The position numbers and the translations under genes were made by a program. Source: an uncultured Pelagibacteraceae bacterium (GTDB lineage: Bacteria; Pseudomonadota; Alphaproteobacteria; Pelagibacterales; Pelagibacteraceae). From it: DNA of 64,000 nucleotides. The notes beneath the pieces were generated by a model. It did no database searches. It saw only the letters and a program-made list of their open reading frames with translations, and was not told the DNA's origin. Below, one piece after another: positions 10,962 through 22,398 of the stretch; position 1 is the first letter of the stretch; the number at the start of each line of letters is the position of its first letter. Location: the NCBI GenBank assembly GCA_902582845.1, contig CACHTQ010000001.1, positions 61,059 through 125,058 on the forward strand, read 5' to 3'.

Positions 10962-11773
10962 GATTTTGCTATTTCTATTGTTGATTTGATATAACCACTC
11001 ATGCTTCCACAGTCTAAATATTTTCCGGTGAAGTTATGAGCAATAAATTTTTCGTCATTTTGTATTAATGATTGTATTGCATCAGTAATATGAATCTCAC
11101 CACCTTTACCTGGTTTTTGATTTAGCAATTTAGAAAATATTTTTTTTGGAAGAATATATCGTCCTATTACAGCTTTATTTGATGGTGCTGTTGAGATTGA
11201 AGGTTTTTCGATAACATCACTTATAACATAATTATTTTTATTTATTTTTTTTCCTAATTTATATATTCCCCATCTTGAGACAGTTTTTTTTGGGACATTA
11301 ATACTTGCCATTACAGATGATTTATAGCGATTATGTATATTAATCATCGACTTCGAGCAATTTTTCTTAATTATAAGATCATCTGGTAATAACATCAGAA
11401 AAAAATCATCTGTGATAAATTTTTTTGTTTTTAATACTGCATCACCTGTTCCAAGAGGTTTATTTTGATAAACAAATTTAATCATCTTTTTATATTTCAA
11501 AATTTTTTTATATTCTTTAATAACCCTAGGATCTTTTTTCTTTTTTATTATCTTTTGATAAAAGCTATCCTTGTAAAAATAATCTTTTATCATTTGTTTT
11601 TTTTTTGAAATTATAAAAACTATTTTTTTAATACCAGCATCTGCGCATTCATCTAGAATATACTCAATTCCCGGTTTTCCATTAATAGGAAGAAGTTCTT
11701 TAGCAAATACACTGGTTAAAGGTAATAACCTTGTACCTAGACCAGCTAATGGAATAATTGCTTGTTTAATCAT
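10958..11773 (-). CDS. galU: UTP-glucose-1-phosphate uridylyltransferase
   Basis: PLAGLGTRLLP, KELLPI, LGTGDA, IEKP, GRYIL, GGEIHITDA; coupled to ugd. Confidence 0.88.
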   Translation of the reverse strand: MIKQAIIPLAGLGTRLLPLTSVFAKELLPINGKPGIEYILDECADAGIKKIVFIISKKKQMIKDYFYKDSFYQKIIKKKKDPRVIKEYKKILKYKKMIKFVYQNKPLGTGDAVLKTKKFITDDFFLMLLPDDLIIKKNCSKSMINIHNRYKSSVMASINVPKKTVSRWGIYKLGKKINKNNYVISDVIEKPSISTAPSNKAVIGRYILPKKIFSKLLNQKPGKGGEIHITDAIQSLIQNDEKFIAHNFTGKYLDCGSMSGYIKSTIEIAKS

Positions 11774-11807
11774 TTAAATGTTTTACTTATTAAAATGTTT
11801 TATACAA

Positions 11808-12620
11808 ATGAAAACTTTATTAAACAATATTGATTTAAATGAGGCATTATTTGGCAATTCAAATATTGGGTTTGTACCTACTATGGGCAGCCTTCATGAT
11901 GGTCATATCTCATTAATTAAAAAATCACTAAAATTATCCAATAAAACCATTGTAAGTATATTTGTAAATCCTAAACAATTTAATAACAAAGAAGACTACA
12001 AGAAATACCCTAGAAATATAAAAAAAGATCTGAAAATTTTAAAAAAACTAAAAGTGGATTATGTTTATTTACCTAAAGTCAAAGATATCTATAAAGCTAA
12101 AAACAAAATAAAGATTAAACTCAACAAACAAGATAAAATACTGTGTGCCAAGTATAGAAAAGGTCATTTTGAAGGGGTGATTGAGGTAATGACTCGTTTA
12201 ACAAAAATAGTGAATCCATCAAAAATATTTATGGGTGAAAAAGATCTTCAACAGTTATTATTAGTAAAGAGATTTGTTGAAAAAAATTTTAAATCTAAAA
12301 TAATTTATTGTAAAACAATTAGAGATAAAAATAAATTGGCACTATCTTCTAGAAATATTCTTTTAAATAAAAGTAATTTAAACAAAGCAGGAAAAATAGC
12401 AAAGAATCTTATTATCTTTAAAAAAAAATTATTTAAAAATAAAAATTTAAAAGATTTGATTTTTAAAAAAAAGAATGAACTAAAAAAAAGGTATGATATT
12501 AAAATAGATTATCTTGAATTAAGAGATACAAAAAATCTTAAATTAGCTAATAAAATTAAAAATGCCAAAATTTTTATTGCATATTATATTAATAAGGTAA
12601 GACTTATTGATAACTTTTAA
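11808..12620 (+). CDS. panC: Pantoate-beta-alanine ligase
   Basis: FVPTMGSLHDGH, SIFVNPKQF, RKGHFEGV, GEKD, LALSSRN, RLIDN; ATG at 11808 preferred. Confidence 0.95.
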   Translation: MKTLLNNIDLNEALFGNSNIGFVPTMGSLHDGHISLIKKSLKLSNKTIVSIFVNPKQFNNKEDYKKYPRNIKKDLKILKKLKVDYVYLPKVKDIYKAKNKIKIKLNKQDKILCAKYRKGHFEGVIEVMTRLTKIVNPSKIFMGEKDLQQLLLVKRFVEKNFKSKIIYCKTIRDKNKLALSSRNILLNKSNLNKAGKIAKNLIIFKKKLFKNKNLKDLIFKKKNELKKRYDIKIDYLELRDTKNLKLANKIKNAKIFIAYYINKVRLIDNF

Positions 12621-12623
12621 TGT

Positions 12624-13997
12624 TTACAAAAAGTAAGCTCCAACACCTAAAAATGATACGAACCCAATAACATCAGTTATAGTTGTTACAAAAACACTTG
12701 ATGCTATAGCTGGATCTATATTCATCTTTTTTAATGTGACAGGCACCAATATCCCAAACAATCCTGCAACGATCATTGTCAAAATCATTGAGATTGAAAT
12801 TATTAAAGAGAGTATAATATCCTGAAACCATAACTGAACAATAAAAGAACTTATAATTGCAAAAATAATTCCATTTAAAATCCCAATGTTAAATTCTTTA
12901 AAAATATTCTGATTAAAATTATTTTTTGTTAAATCATTAGTGGCAAGAGTTCTAACTGTTACAGCTAATGTTTGCATTCCAGCATTGCCACCCATTGATG
13001 CAACTATTGGCATCAAGAAAGCTAAAACAACCATTTGTTCAATAGTTGCTCCAAATAAACTGATACAATATGTAGCTAAAAATGCAGTGAAGAGATTTAA
13101 TAACAACCAATTAAATCTTCTTTTCGTTTTTGTTATTACTCCATCTGTAATTTCCTCATCACCTACACCGGCTAATCTTAATGCATCTTCTTCTGCCTCT
13201 TCTTTTAAAACTGTTAGAACATCATCTGAGGTAATCATTCCAACTAATTTATTATTTTTATCAATAACACATGCTGAATTTAAATTATAATTTTCGAATG
13301 AGTTACCAACTTCTTCTCTATCCATATCTACAGGAACTAAAAAAATAGAGTCATCCATAATTGATGACATCTTTGTTTCTCTTGGTGTTCTCAGAACTTT
13401 AGATGATGGTACAGCACCAATAGGTTTAAAATTTTCATCGACAATATAAATTTCTAGAAATTGTTCCGGTAAATCTTTATTTTCTCTTAAATAATCAATA
13501 GTTTGACCAACAGACCAGTTACTGGGTATTGCAGTAAATTCTCTCTGCATTATTCTAGCTGCACTATCCTCAGGGTAACTAAGACCTTCCAATAAAGCAA
13601 AACGATCTTTAGGTGGTAGTAAACTTAAAATAGAATTTTTATTTTTTTCATCTACATTTTCAAGAATGGCTATAGCATCGTCAGACTCCAGGTTTTTCAA
13701 TATTCTTACTATCGCATCAGAGGAAAGATATTTTATAATTTCAGTTTGGACTGACTCATTTAACTCAACAAAAACCTCAGGATCTATTTTGAAATTATTA
13801 AGTTTAATTAAATTTTCTCTATCATTTTGCCCTAAGTGTTCTATGATATCAGCAGCATCAGCAGGGTGCATTTCTTTAAAAGAATTTGTGATAAAAGCTG
13901 CATCATTATTTGAAATTTTATCAGTGACTACTTTTATGTACTCTTTATTAAATTCAAAATTGACTTTTTTATCTTTGATTTTTTTAATTAAAGTCAT
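12624..13997 (-). CDS. mgtE: Magnesium transporter MgtE
   Basis: N-domain (MHPADAAD), CBS pair, MGGNAGMQT, DPAIASSVFVTTITDV. Confidence 0.96.
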   Translation of the reverse strand: MTLIKKIKDKKVNFEFNKEYIKVVTDKISNNDAAFITNSFKEMHPADAADIIEHLGQNDRENLIKLNNFKIDPEVFVELNESVQTEIIKYLSSDAIVRILKNLESDDAIAILENVDEKNKNSILSLLPPKDRFALLEGLSYPEDSAARIMQREFTAIPSNWSVGQTIDYLRENKDLPEQFLEIYIVDENFKPIGAVPSSKVLRTPRETKMSSIMDDSIFLVPVDMDREEVGNSFENYNLNSACVIDKNNKLVGMITSDDVLTVLKEEAEEDALRLAGVGDEEITDGVITKTKRRFNWLLLNLFTAFLATYCISLFGATIEQMVVLAFLMPIVASMGGNAGMQTLAVTVRTLATNDLTKNNFNQNIFKEFNIGILNGIIFAIISSFIVQLWFQDIILSLIISISMILTMIVAGLFGILVPVTLKKMNIDPAIASSVFVTTITDVIGFVSFLGVGAYFL

Positions 13998-14057
13998 AAA
14001 TTTTTCTATTATTTAGGTCGATCTTTTAATACATAATCAAGAGATTACAATTTTTAA

Positions 14058-14678
14058 ATGAGTATAGAAATTAAAAAGTCTGAAAAACCTGTCATTTATG
14101 AGGACGCTAAAAAAATGATGGAAGAAAGATTGTTAAATGTAGATCAAAATAAATCAAATGAATTAATTTGGACTTTAGAACATCCAGACATTTATACAGC
14201 TGGGACAAGCTATAATGAAAGCGATATCTTAGATAAATCAATTAAGATTTTAGAGACAAATAGAGGGGGTAAAATTACTTATCACGGACCAGGTCAACTA
14301 ATTTGTTATTTCGTAATAGACCTAAAAAAAAGAAAAAAAGATATAAGAAACTTTATTACAATTATAGAAAAAACAATAATAGATACTTTACAATTTTTTA
14401 GTATAAAAACTTTTTCAGATAAAGAAAATATTGGAATATGGTACAAAGATAACAAACAAACAAAAAAAGTAGCTGCAATTGGAGTAAGAATTAGTAAATG
14501 GATAGCTTATCATGGTTTTTCAATTAACATTAATAACAATTTAGATAAATATAGTGCGATAATTCCATGTGGTATTAAAGATAAAGGAGTCACAAATCTA
14601 AAAGAAATCAAAGATCAAGATTATAAAGAATTAGACAAAAAACTAGTTGAAATCTTTATTTCAAATTTGAATAAGTAA
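14058..14678 (+). CDS. lipB: Lipoyl(octanoyl) transferase
   Basis: [33 protein letters not shown]. Confidence 0.96.
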   Translation: MSIEIKKSEKPVIYEDAKKMMEERLLNVDQNKSNELIWTLEHPDIYTAGTSYNESDILDKSIKILETNRGGKITYHGPGQLICYFVIDLKKRKKDIRNFITIIEKTIIDTLQFFSIKTFSDKENIGIWYKDNKQTKKVAAIGVRISKWIAYHGFSININNNLDKYSAIIPCGIKDKGVTNLKEIKDQDYKELDKKLVEIFISNLNK

Positions 14679-15573
14679 GTCTTTTAATTTTTAATAATTT
14701 TCTAAAATATTCAGGTAGTAAAGCTTTATAAGTATATTTTTTGTCTTTAATCATGAATTTTATTTCGTAAGCATGAAGCATTAATTCTTTGTTAATACCA
14801 ATCGTTTTGGTGAAAGATTTATATTTATTATCCCCATAAATTGAGTGACCAATATTAAAAAGTTGTTTTCTTAATTGATGTTTCCTACCAGTAATAGGTT
14901 TCATCTCAACAAGACTAGAATTTGAGTTTTTATCAATAACTTTATAAATTGTTTTTGCTTTTTCAATAATTTTTTTTCCGTTATCATAACGAACTAAATC
15001 ATCATTCCATTCTCCTGAATTTTTTTCAAGTTCACCATGACATATAGCTAGATAAGTTTTGTGCACTTTTCTTAATCTAAACAATGATGTTAATAATTGT
15101 GCTGTCTCTCTGTTTTTAGCCATTAAAAAAACACCTGATGTATCTTTGTCTAATCTGTGGACAGAAAAAGGTTTTGAGTATGAAAAAATTTCACTTTTTT
15201 TGAATATATCAATTAAGTTTTTTTTTGATTTGGTTCCACCCTGAACAGAAATACCAGCACTCTTATTTAAAACGATAAAATTTTCATTATTATCTATTAT
15301 TAAATCTTCATTTGCTTTTATTATTTGATTAGAGGGATTAAAACTTATTTTTTTTTGATGAATTCTTTCTTCAAATTTAAAGTCATAAAAATAAATTTTG
15401 TCATTAGATTTTACCTTATGGGAACTTTTTATTTTTTTTTTGTTTACTTTAATTTTCCCTGATCTTAGAGATTTTTCAATTAGTCCTTGAGGAATTTTTC
15501 CAATTGTATACCTTATCCATCTATCAACGCGCATATTATTACACGTTGAGTCAACGATGTAACTTTTTAACAT
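14656..15573 (-). CDS. RluA-family 23S rRNA pseudouridine synthase with S4 domain (RluC-like)
   Basis: N-terminal S4-like region, [21 protein letters not shown]. Confidence 0.92.
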   Translation of the reverse strand: MLKSYIVDSTCNNMRVDRWIRYTIGKIPQGLIEKSLRSGKIKVNKKKIKSSHKVKSNDKIYFYDFKFEERIHQKKISFNPSNQIIKANEDLIIDNNENFIVLNKSAGISVQGGTKSKKNLIDIFKKSEIFSYSKPFSVHRLDKDTSGVFLMAKNRETAQLLTSLFRLRKVHKTYLAICHGELEKNSGEWNDDLVRYDNGKKIIEKAKTIYKVIDKNSNSSLVEMKPITGRKHQLRKQLFNIGHSIYGDNKYKSFTKTIGINKELMLHAYEIKFMIKDKKYTYKALLPEYFRKLLKIKRLTYSNLK

Positions 15574-15581
15574 AAAAAATA

Positions 15582-16031
15582 TTATTTTGATGCAGTGACT
15601 GGTTTTTTATCTTCTTTTTTTTCAGGTTCTTTTGAAGAAGTTTTTTTCTTTTTATCTACTTTTTTTGCCTCAATATCTCTGTCTACAAACTCTATTATTG
15701 CCATCGGAGCATTATCACCGTATCTGAAACCTGCTTTAATTATTCTTGTATACCCACCAGATCTTTTTTCATATCTCTTAGATAGAGTTTTTTTAACTTT
15801 GTTTGCAGATTTTATATCTTGTAATTGTGAAACTAAAATTTTTGTATTATGAAGGGAATCTTTCTTACCTAAAGTAATTATCTTGTCAGCTTGAGGTTTT
15901 AAAAATTTTGCTTTTGGTAATGTTGTTTTAATTTGCTCATACTTTATAAGGGAATTCAGCATGTTTTTTAACAACGCTTTTCTATGCTCGGATGTTCTAT
16001 TAAGTTTTTTATTTGCAAATCCATGTCTCAT
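15582..16031 (-). CDS. rplQ: 50S ribosomal protein L17
   Basis: MRHG...LNRTSEHRKALL, GGYTRI, GDNAPMA. Confidence 0.98.
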   Translation of the reverse strand: MRHGFANKKLNRTSEHRKALLKNMLNSLIKYEQIKTTLPKAKFLKPQADKIITLGKKDSLHNTKILVSQLQDIKSANKVKKTLSKRYEKRSGGYTRIIKAGFRYGDNAPMAIIEFVDRDIEAKKVDKKKKTSSKEPEKKEDKKPVTASK

Positions 16032-17060
16032 CTAAATAGCTTCCTCAAGTTTTTTAGACATCTCAGCAATGTTGTCTGGCGGCCAATTTGGTATTTCCAT
16101 CCCTAGATATAAGGACATGCCAGTTAACACTTCTTTAATTTCATTTAATGATTTTCTACCAAAATTTGGAGTTCTGAGCATTTCTCCTTCTGATTTTTGA
16201 ACAAGATCACCTATATAAATTATATTGTCATTTTTTAAACAATTCATAGATCTAACAGATAATTCTAGTTCATCCACTTTTCTTAATAAATTTTTATTAA
16301 ACTCTGGCTCAGAAGAAACCTCTTTTACAGGAGCTTCAACTGGCTCATCAAAGTTAATAAACATTTTTAATTGATCTTGGAATATTCTAGCAGAATAAGC
16401 CACGGCATCTTCTGCAGAAATTGAACCATCTGTCTCTACTTCCATTATCAATTTGTCATAGTCAAGTGCCTTACCCTCCCTTGCAGTGCTTACTGAGTAA
16501 GAAACTTTTTTGACCGGACTATACAAAGAATCTATTGCAATTAAGCCTAATGGTGGTTCTTCAGGCTTATTAAGCTCTGCTGGTACATATCCTTTTCCGG
16601 TATTAACATTCATTTCCATATGGAAAGATGTATTCTCATCTAAATTGCAGATCACTAAATCTGGATTTAAAATCTCTACATCGTTGACAGGAGTTATGTC
16701 TGAAGCTTTTATTTCTCCTGGACCTTTAGCGTCTAAAATTAACTTCTTTGTTCCCTCAGATGATGATTTTAATGCTAAAGATTTTACGTTTAGAACAATA
16801 TCAGTCACATCCTCACGTACACCTTTGATAGATGTAAATTCATGTAATACACCATCTATTTGTATCGAAGTAACTGCTGCACCTCTTATAGACGAAAGTA
16901 ATATTCTTCTTAAAGAATTTCCTAAAGTTAATCCATAACCTTTTTCGAGAGGTTCGGCTATAATTTTAGCTCTAGATAAGTCGTCACTTAACTGTACATC
17001 AATTTTCGATGGTTTTATTAAAGATTTCCAATTTTTTATATTTACATTTTCAGTTTCCAT
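16032..17060 (-). CDS. rpoA: RNA polymerase alpha subunit
   Basis: [42 protein letters not shown]. Confidence 0.99.
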   Translation of the reverse strand: METENVNIKNWKSLIKPSKIDVQLSDDLSRAKIIAEPLEKGYGLTLGNSLRRILLSSIRGAAVTSIQIDGVLHEFTSIKGVREDVTDIVLNVKSLALKSSSEGTKKLILDAKGPGEIKASDITPVNDVEILNPDLVICNLDENTSFHMEMNVNTGKGYVPAELNKPEEPPLGLIAIDSLYSPVKKVSYSVSTAREGKALDYDKLIMEVETDGSISAEDAVAYSARIFQDQLKMFINFDEPVEAPVKEVSSEPEFNKNLLRKVDELELSVRSMNCLKNDNIIYIGDLVQKSEGEMLRTPNFGRKSLNEIKEVLTGMSLYLGMEIPNWPPDNIAEMSKKLEEAI

Positions 17061-17509
17061 TAAACTCTCCTTTTTTTTGGTGGTCTAGTTCCATTATGCG
17101 GCATAGGCGTTGTATCTTTAATTGATAAAATTTTAAAACCTCTTGCCTGTAAAGCCCTTAATGCAGTTTCTCGCCCAGAGCCTGGGCCTTTAACTTCAAC
17201 TGATAAAGTTTTCATTCCAAACTCCAAAGCTTTAGATGCTGCAGCATCTGCAGCTATTTGTGCAGCATAGGGTGTAGATTTTCTTGAACCTTTAAATCCT
17301 TTTTGTCCTGATGAAGCCCATGAAATTACGTTTCCATTAGTGTCTGCTATTGATATAATCGTATTATTAAACGTTGATTGTACATAAGCGATACCATTTA
17401 AAATATTTTTTTTTATTTTTTTCTTTTTTGAATAAGAGCTTTTCTTAGTTTTGCTTGCTGTCTTTTCATTTTTTTGGTCTTGTTTCTCTACCTTTTCAAT
17501 CTTAGCCAT
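17060..17509 (-). CDS. rpsK: 30S ribosomal protein S11
   Basis: [29 protein letters not shown]. Confidence 0.98.
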   Translation of the reverse strand: MAKIEKVEKQDQKNEKTASKTKKSSYSKKKKIKKNILNGIAYVQSTFNNTIISIADTNGNVISWASSGQKGFKGSRKSTPYAAQIAADAAASKALEFGMKTLSVEVKGPGSGRETALRALQARGFKILSIKDTTPMPHNGTRPPKKRRV

Positions 17510-17511
17510 AA

Positions 17512-17895
17512 TTATTTCTTTAGTGGAGTTAATTTTTTTCCTGCGATCGCTATTGCTTTACCTTTTCTAGTTCTAGCATTACATCTTGTTCTTTGTCCTC
17601 TCACAGGTAATTTTTTTCTATGTCTTGATCCTCTGTAAGAAGCTAAATCAATTAATCTTTTAATACTTAATGAATAATCTCTTCTTAGATCACCCTCCAC
17701 TTTAAAATTTTGATCTATGTACTCACGTATTTTTAAAATCTCATCATCGGTTAATTGGTTTACTCTTTTTTCTTTAGGTATATTCAGTGATGAACAAATT
17801 TGTGAAGAAAACTTATTACCAATCCCATAAATATAGGTCAGACCTACATGCACAAGCTTATTTTGTGGAATATTTATACCTGCAATACGAGCCAT
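17512..17895 (-). CDS. rpsM: 30S ribosomal protein S13
   Basis: [18 protein letters not shown]. Confidence 0.98.
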   Translation of the reverse strand: MARIAGINIPQNKLVHVGLTYIYGIGNKFSSQICSSLNIPKEKRVNQLTDDEILKIREYIDQNFKVEGDLRRDYSLSIKRLIDLASYRGSRHRKKLPVRGQRTRCNARTRKGKAIAIAGKKLTPLKK

Positions 17896-17919
17896 ATATT
17901 TAGTGATAATTTTCAGCCT

Positions 17920-17947
17920 TTTATATAAGAAGATCTTTTAAAGTCAA
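17920..17947 (-). promoter_or_regulatory. Putative sigma70 promoter for alpha operon (rpsM)
   Basis: Minus strand TTGACT-N16-TATAAA in adk-rpsM spacer. Confidence 0.45.
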
Positions 17948-17951
17948 CGGC

Positions 17952-18515
17952 TTAAACATTGATAAAATTGTCTATTTTCGCGGTTATTTCAGTAATTTCA
18001 GAACTTCCATCTATTTCATAAAATTTTGGATTTTTTGAGTAGAAATCTAAAACCGGTTTTGTTGTAGCCATGTAAGTATCATATCTTTTAATAAAGGTTT
18101 TAAGATCATCATCTGATCTTTTCTCAATTAATTTTCTATTTTCTATTCTTTTAATAATTACATCTTTATCTACATTAAGAAAAAAAATAAAATCTATAAC
18201 TTGATTTGTTTTTTTGAGTAATTCCTCTAAATTTTTTGCCTGACTTAAAGATCTTGGATATCCATCAAAAATTAGTCTATTTTTTTTATCAGGATCAGAC
18301 AATTTTTTTTCAATCAAAGTATTTACTATTTGGTCACTCACAAATTTTCCTTCATTCATATCATTTACAATTTTTTTACCAATTTCAGAATTATTTTGTA
18401 TTTCTTCTCTAAGCATTTCGCCGGTTGATATTTGAAAATTATTTAGTTTCTGAACCAAATATTTAGCCTGTGTCCCTTTGCCTGCTCCCGGAGGTCCAAA
18501 TAAAATTAAATTCAC
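17952..18515 (-). CDS. adk: Adenylate kinase (short-LID type)
   Basis: GPPGAGKGTQA, FDGYPR, RSDD; downstream of secY. Confidence 0.96.
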   Translation of the reverse strand: MNLILFGPPGAGKGTQAKYLVQKLNNFQISTGEMLREEIQNNSEIGKKIVNDMNEGKFVSDQIVNTLIEKKLSDPDKKNRLIFDGYPRSLSQAKNLEELLKKTNQVIDFIFFLNVDKDVIIKRIENRKLIEKRSDDDLKTFIKRYDTYMATTKPVLDFYSKNPKFYEIDGSSEITEITAKIDNFINV

Positions 18516-18524
18516 TTTTTCTTG

Positions 18525-19805
18525 TTATTTACCAAATTTAGTTTTCTTTATTAACTGCTCATATTGTGAGCTCATTAATCTTGTTTGAATTTGAGTTACA
18601 GTGTCAATGGCTACAACAACTACAATCAAAATTGAAGTTCCACCTAAATAAAATGGAATAGGATAATTTGCAATTAAAAATTCAGGCATTAGACAAACCA
18701 AAGTTAAATATAATGCACCGATAGTGGTTAATTTTGTTAAAATATTTTCTATATAAAGCGCTGTGCTTTCTCCTGGTCTAATACCTGGAACAAATCCTCC
18801 ATATTTTCTTAAATTGTCAGCTGTTTCAGTTGGATTAAAAGTTATTGATGTATAAAAAAATGTAAAAAATATTATTCCTGAAGCGTAAAGTAACATATAA
18901 AGAGGTTGTCCTTGAGTAAAATAAGAACTTAAATTTAGAAAAGTTTCACTTTCAGAAACATTAAAATTTGAGAATGTTACAGGTAATAAAAGTAAAGCAG
19001 AAGCAAAAATTGCAGGTATTACTCCTGCTTGATTAATCTTCAGAGGTAAATGAGACGACTCTCCTCCATACATTTTATTTCCCATTTGTCTTTTAGGATA
19101 ATTTATTAAAATTTTACGTAAAGCTCTTTCCATAAAAACAATAAACAATATAGTTAGAATCAGTAGAACAAATATTGCAATAATCATTAATGTTGAAATT
19201 GCCCCTGTTCTTCCTAATTCAAAAGTAGTAACTAGTGCTCTAGGTATTTCAGCAACAATCCCTGCAAAAATAATTAAAGATATACCGTTTCCAATTCCTC
19301 TTTGAGTGATTTGTTCACCTAGCCACATTAAGAAAATCGTGCCTGCAACAATTGTTGTTACTGTTGATATTTTAAAAAAAATTCCTGGATTGATAACTAA
19401 ATTAGCTGATGACTCTAAACCAACTGACAAACCATACCCTTGGACAGTTGCTAATAAAACAGTTCCGTATCTTGTAATCTGAGTTATTTTTGCTCGCCCA
19501 GTTTCACCCTGTGCTTTGAGATTTTTAAAATAATCAGAAACTCCTGTTAATAGCTGCACGATAATTGATGAGGAAATGTATGGCATTATTCCTAAAGCGA
19601 AAATTGCCATTCTACTTACAGCTCCACCAGCAAATACATTGAACATACCAAGCAGACCTTTCTGATTTCCATCCATAAGAATTTTTAATTGTTCTGGGTC
19701 AATTCCTGGTAGTGGAACAAAAGTGCCAAATCTGTAAACAGCTAAAATTGCTATAGTGAATATTATTCTATTTCTTAAATCACTACTTGAAGATGAAGAA
19801 CTCAT
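18525..19805 (-). CDS. secY: Preprotein translocase SecY
   Basis: FALGIMPYISSSII, GIGNGISL, GVIPAIFAS, PGIRPG, GGTSILIVV. Confidence 0.99.
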   Translation of the reverse strand: MSSSSSSSDLRNRIIFTIAILAVYRFGTFVPLPGIDPEQLKILMDGNQKGLLGMFNVFAGGAVSRMAIFALGIMPYISSSIIVQLLTGVSDYFKNLKAQGETGRAKITQITRYGTVLLATVQGYGLSVGLESSANLVINPGIFFKISTVTTIVAGTIFLMWLGEQITQRGIGNGISLIIFAGIVAEIPRALVTTFELGRTGAISTLMIIAIFVLLILTILFIVFMERALRKILINYPKRQMGNKMYGGESSHLPLKINQAGVIPAIFASALLLLPVTFSNFNVSESETFLNLSSYFTQGQPLYMLLYASGIIFFTFFYTSITFNPTETADNLRKYGGFVPGIRPGESTALYIENILTKLTTIGALYLTLVCLMPEFLIANYPIPFYLGGTSILIVVVVAIDTVTQIQTRLMSSQYEQLIKKTKFGK

Positions 19806-19817
19806 TTATCTAAAATA

Positions 19818-20270
19818 TTATTTTTTTAATTGTATTGATCCACCAATTTTTTCAAGTTTCTCTAATGCTGATTTTGATGCAAGATCGGCCTCTATATTAA
19901 TTTTGTCTTTTATTTCACCAGATCCTAAAATCTTTAATTTTTTAGAATTTTTATTAATTAAATTTAATTTTTTTAGAGATGATGTATTTAATATTTCAGT
20001 ATTTGTAATTGTTTTTTTATCAATAAAAGATTGAATTTTATCTAAATTAAGAATTGCAATTTTTTCTTTTTTGACTGGATTAAACCCTCTTTTTGGTAAA
20101 CGTCTATAAAGCGGCATTTGTCCGCCTTCAAAACTTTTAATTGCAACTCCAGATCTAGATTTTTGTCCCTTAACACCCCTACCAGATGTTTTTCCTTTAC
20201 CTGAACCTATTCCTCTACCAACTCTGATTTTGGACTTATTAATTCTAGGTCTGTTATTTAATTTTATCAT
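19818..20270 (-). CDS. rplO: 50S ribosomal protein L15
   Basis: RVGRGIGSGKGKTSGRG, FEGGQMPLYRRLPKRGF. Confidence 0.98.
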   Translation of the reverse strand: MIKLNNRPRINKSKIRVGRGIGSGKGKTSGRGVKGQKSRSGVAIKSFEGGQMPLYRRLPKRGFNPVKKEKIAILNLDKIQSFIDKKTITNTEILNTSSLKKLNLINKNSKKLKILGSGEIKDKINIEADLASKSALEKLEKIGGSIQLKK

Positions 20271-20785
20271 TACCCTCTTTTCTCTATTACCTCGGAAATC
20301 TTAATGTTTCTTATTGATGAAATTTGTTTGGGTGAGTTTTGTTTTTTTAAAGCCTTTATAGTTGCTCTTATTACATTATGAGCATTAGATGTACCCATAG
20401 ATTTTGCAACAATATCTTTTACACCTAAAACTTCACAAACCGCTCGGACTGGTCCCCCAGCAATAATACCTGTCCCTTTTGAGGCTGACCTTAAAACTAT
20501 TCTACCAGAACCATCTTTTGCTTTTACATCATGATGAATTGTTCTGCCCTCTCTTAAAGGAATATGTATTAATTTTCTTCTTGCAATTTCGTTCGCTTTT
20601 TTAATTGCATCCGGAACTTGTTTTGCTTTAGCATGAGCAATACCAATTTTTCCTGCTTGATTTCCAACAACAACTAAAGCTGAAAAACCAAATCTTCTAC
20701 CACCTTTTACAACTTTAGTAATCCTATTTATGTGAACTAGTTTTTCTAAAATATCATCAGATTTTTTTTCTTTAAAGTTTTCCAT
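20270..20785 (-). CDS. rpsE: 30S ribosomal protein S5
   Basis: RITKVVKGGRRF, GTGIIAGG; ATG at 20785 follows rplR stop. Confidence 0.98.
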   Translation of the reverse strand: MENFKEKKSDDILEKLVHINRITKVVKGGRRFGFSALVVVGNQAGKIGIAHAKAKQVPDAIKKANEIARRKLIHIPLREGRTIHHDVKAKDGSGRIVLRSASKGTGIIAGGPVRAVCEVLGVKDIVAKSMGTSNAHNVIRATIKALKKQNSPKQISSIRNIKISEVIEKRG

Positions 20786-20786
20786 A

Positions 20787-21143
20787 TTAAAAATCCATCC
20801 CATTTTTTCTTAAAGTTTCAGCGAAAATTTTAATTCTTCCGTGGTATTTATAAATTCCTCTATCAAAATAAATTTTACTGATCTTTTTTTCTTGAGCTTT
20901 TTTGGCCAATTTTTCTGCAACAATTTTTGAAAGCTCAGACTTATTTTTAGTTTGAGAGCTCTTTACATCTTTTTCAACTGATGAAGCAGACAATATAGTA
21001 ATATTTTGTGTATCATCTATAATTTGTGCAGAAATATTTTTTGAAGACCTAAAAATACTCAATCTTAATCTACCTGTTTTAGCAACCTTTTTTAATCTAT
21101 TCGTTACTCTAAATTTTTTTCTAGTGCTCGTATCAAGTTTCAT
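20787..21143 (-). CDS. rplR: 50S ribosomal protein L18
   Basis: [30 protein letters not shown]. Confidence 0.97.
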   Translation of the reverse strand: MKLDTSTRKKFRVTNRLKKVAKTGRLRLSIFRSSKNISAQIIDDTQNITILSASSVEKDVKSSQTKNKSELSKIVAEKLAKKAQEKKISKIYFDRGIYKYHGRIKIFAETLRKNGMDF

Positions 21144-21682
21144 TATTTCTTTTTACCTTCTTTTTTCAAAATATATTGACCTTTTTCTCTTATTCCTTTT
21201 CCTTTATAAGGTTCAATTTTTCTAAACGTTTTAATTTTAGATACAACTAACCCAACTAATTGTTTATCAAATCCAGAAATTTTTAAGGTGGTTTGTTTTT
21301 CTACTGAAATTTTAATACCCTCTGGAATGTCATAATTTATATCGTGACTATAACCTAATTGTAAATTTAATTGATTACCTTTCAAGGCTGCTCTATAACC
21401 CACCCCAACCAGTTCTAATATTTTTTCGTATCCTTTGACAGAGCCAATTACTGCATTATTGATTAGACTTCTATTCATTCCCCATAACCTTTTTGAGTTT
21501 TGGTCAATTTTTTTTGGTTTAAGTGATATTTCTTTACCGTCTTTAATATCAAGATTAAACATTTCCAAATCAATATTTAATGATTTTTTACCAAGAGGTC
21601 CCTCGATATTTAAAATATTTCCAGCAATTGCAACTTTTACTTTTTCTGGAATTGAGATATTAATTTTACCAATTTTAGACAT
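21143..21682 (-). CDS. rplF: 50S ribosomal protein L6
   Basis: [25 protein letters not shown]. Confidence 0.98.
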   Translation of the reverse strand: MSKIGKINISIPEKVKVAIAGNILNIEGPLGKKSLNIDLEMFNLDIKDGKEISLKPKKIDQNSKRLWGMNRSLINNAVIGSVKGYEKILELVGVGYRAALKGNQLNLQLGYSHDINYDIPEGIKISVEKQTTLKISGFDKQLVGLVVSKIKTFRKIEPYKGKGIREKGQYILKKEGKKK

Positions 21683-21683
21683 A

Positions 21684-22079
21684 TTAAAAAACCTTACAGA
21701 TTATTTCTCCGCCCACTCTTTGTTTTCTTGCATCAATATCTGTCATTACACCTTTAGGTGTTGACAAAATTGCTATACCAAGACCATTATTTATTTTTGG
21801 TAGACTATCAGCACTTGAAAAAATTCTTCTTCCTGGTTTTGATACTCTTTCAAAGTTACTTATAACTGGATTTCCTGAGTGATATTTTAATTCCAAAGAT
21901 AAGATATTCTTTTTTTCATTACTTGAAACTTTGAAATCTTTAATAAATCCCTCATTTTTTAATATATCAGCTATTTTACTTTTAAAATTTGAAGAGGGTA
22001 ATTCAACTTTTCTATGATTTCTAGCTTGAGCATTTTTAACTCTTGCTATCATATCTCCAATAGGGTCACTTAAACTCAT
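21684..22079 (-). CDS. rpsH: 30S ribosomal protein S8
   Basis: DPIGDMIAR, SKPGRR, STPKGVMT, GGEII. Confidence 0.98.
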   Translation of the reverse strand: MSLSDPIGDMIARVKNAQARNHRKVELPSSNFKSKIADILKNEGFIKDFKVSSNEKKNILSLELKYHSGNPVISNFERVSKPGRRIFSSADSLPKINNGLGIAILSTPKGVMTDIDARKQRVGGEIICKVF

Positions 22080-22091
22080 AATTAATCCTTT

Positions 22092-22397
22092 CTACCAACT
22101 TGATTTTACAAGGCCTGGAATTTTTCCTTGTAATCCAAGTTGTCTTAATGCAATTCTTGATATTTTTAGTTTTCTATAAACTCCATGAGGCCTTCCTGTT
22201 ATTTGACATCTATTCATTACTCTTACTTTCGCAGAATTTCTTGGTAATTTTGAAAGCTTTTGTTGCGCTTTAAATCTTTCCTCTAGTGGAATCTTTTTAT
22301 CCATGACAATTTTTTTTAATTTAGCTCTTTTATTAAACAATCTATCTGAAAGTTTTATTCTCCTGTTGTTTTTGTTAATAGAACTTAGCTTAGCCAT
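22092..22397 (-). CDS. rpsN: 30S ribosomal protein S14 (long, Zn-independent form)
   Basis: 101 aa, [10 protein letters not shown], ...GLVKSSW. Confidence 0.97.
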   Translation of the reverse strand: MAKLSSINKNNRRIKLSDRLFNKRAKLKKIVMDKKIPLEERFKAQQKLSKLPRNSAKVRVMNRCQITGRPHGVYRKLKISRIALRQLGLQGKIPGLVKSSW

Positions 22398-22398
22398 T

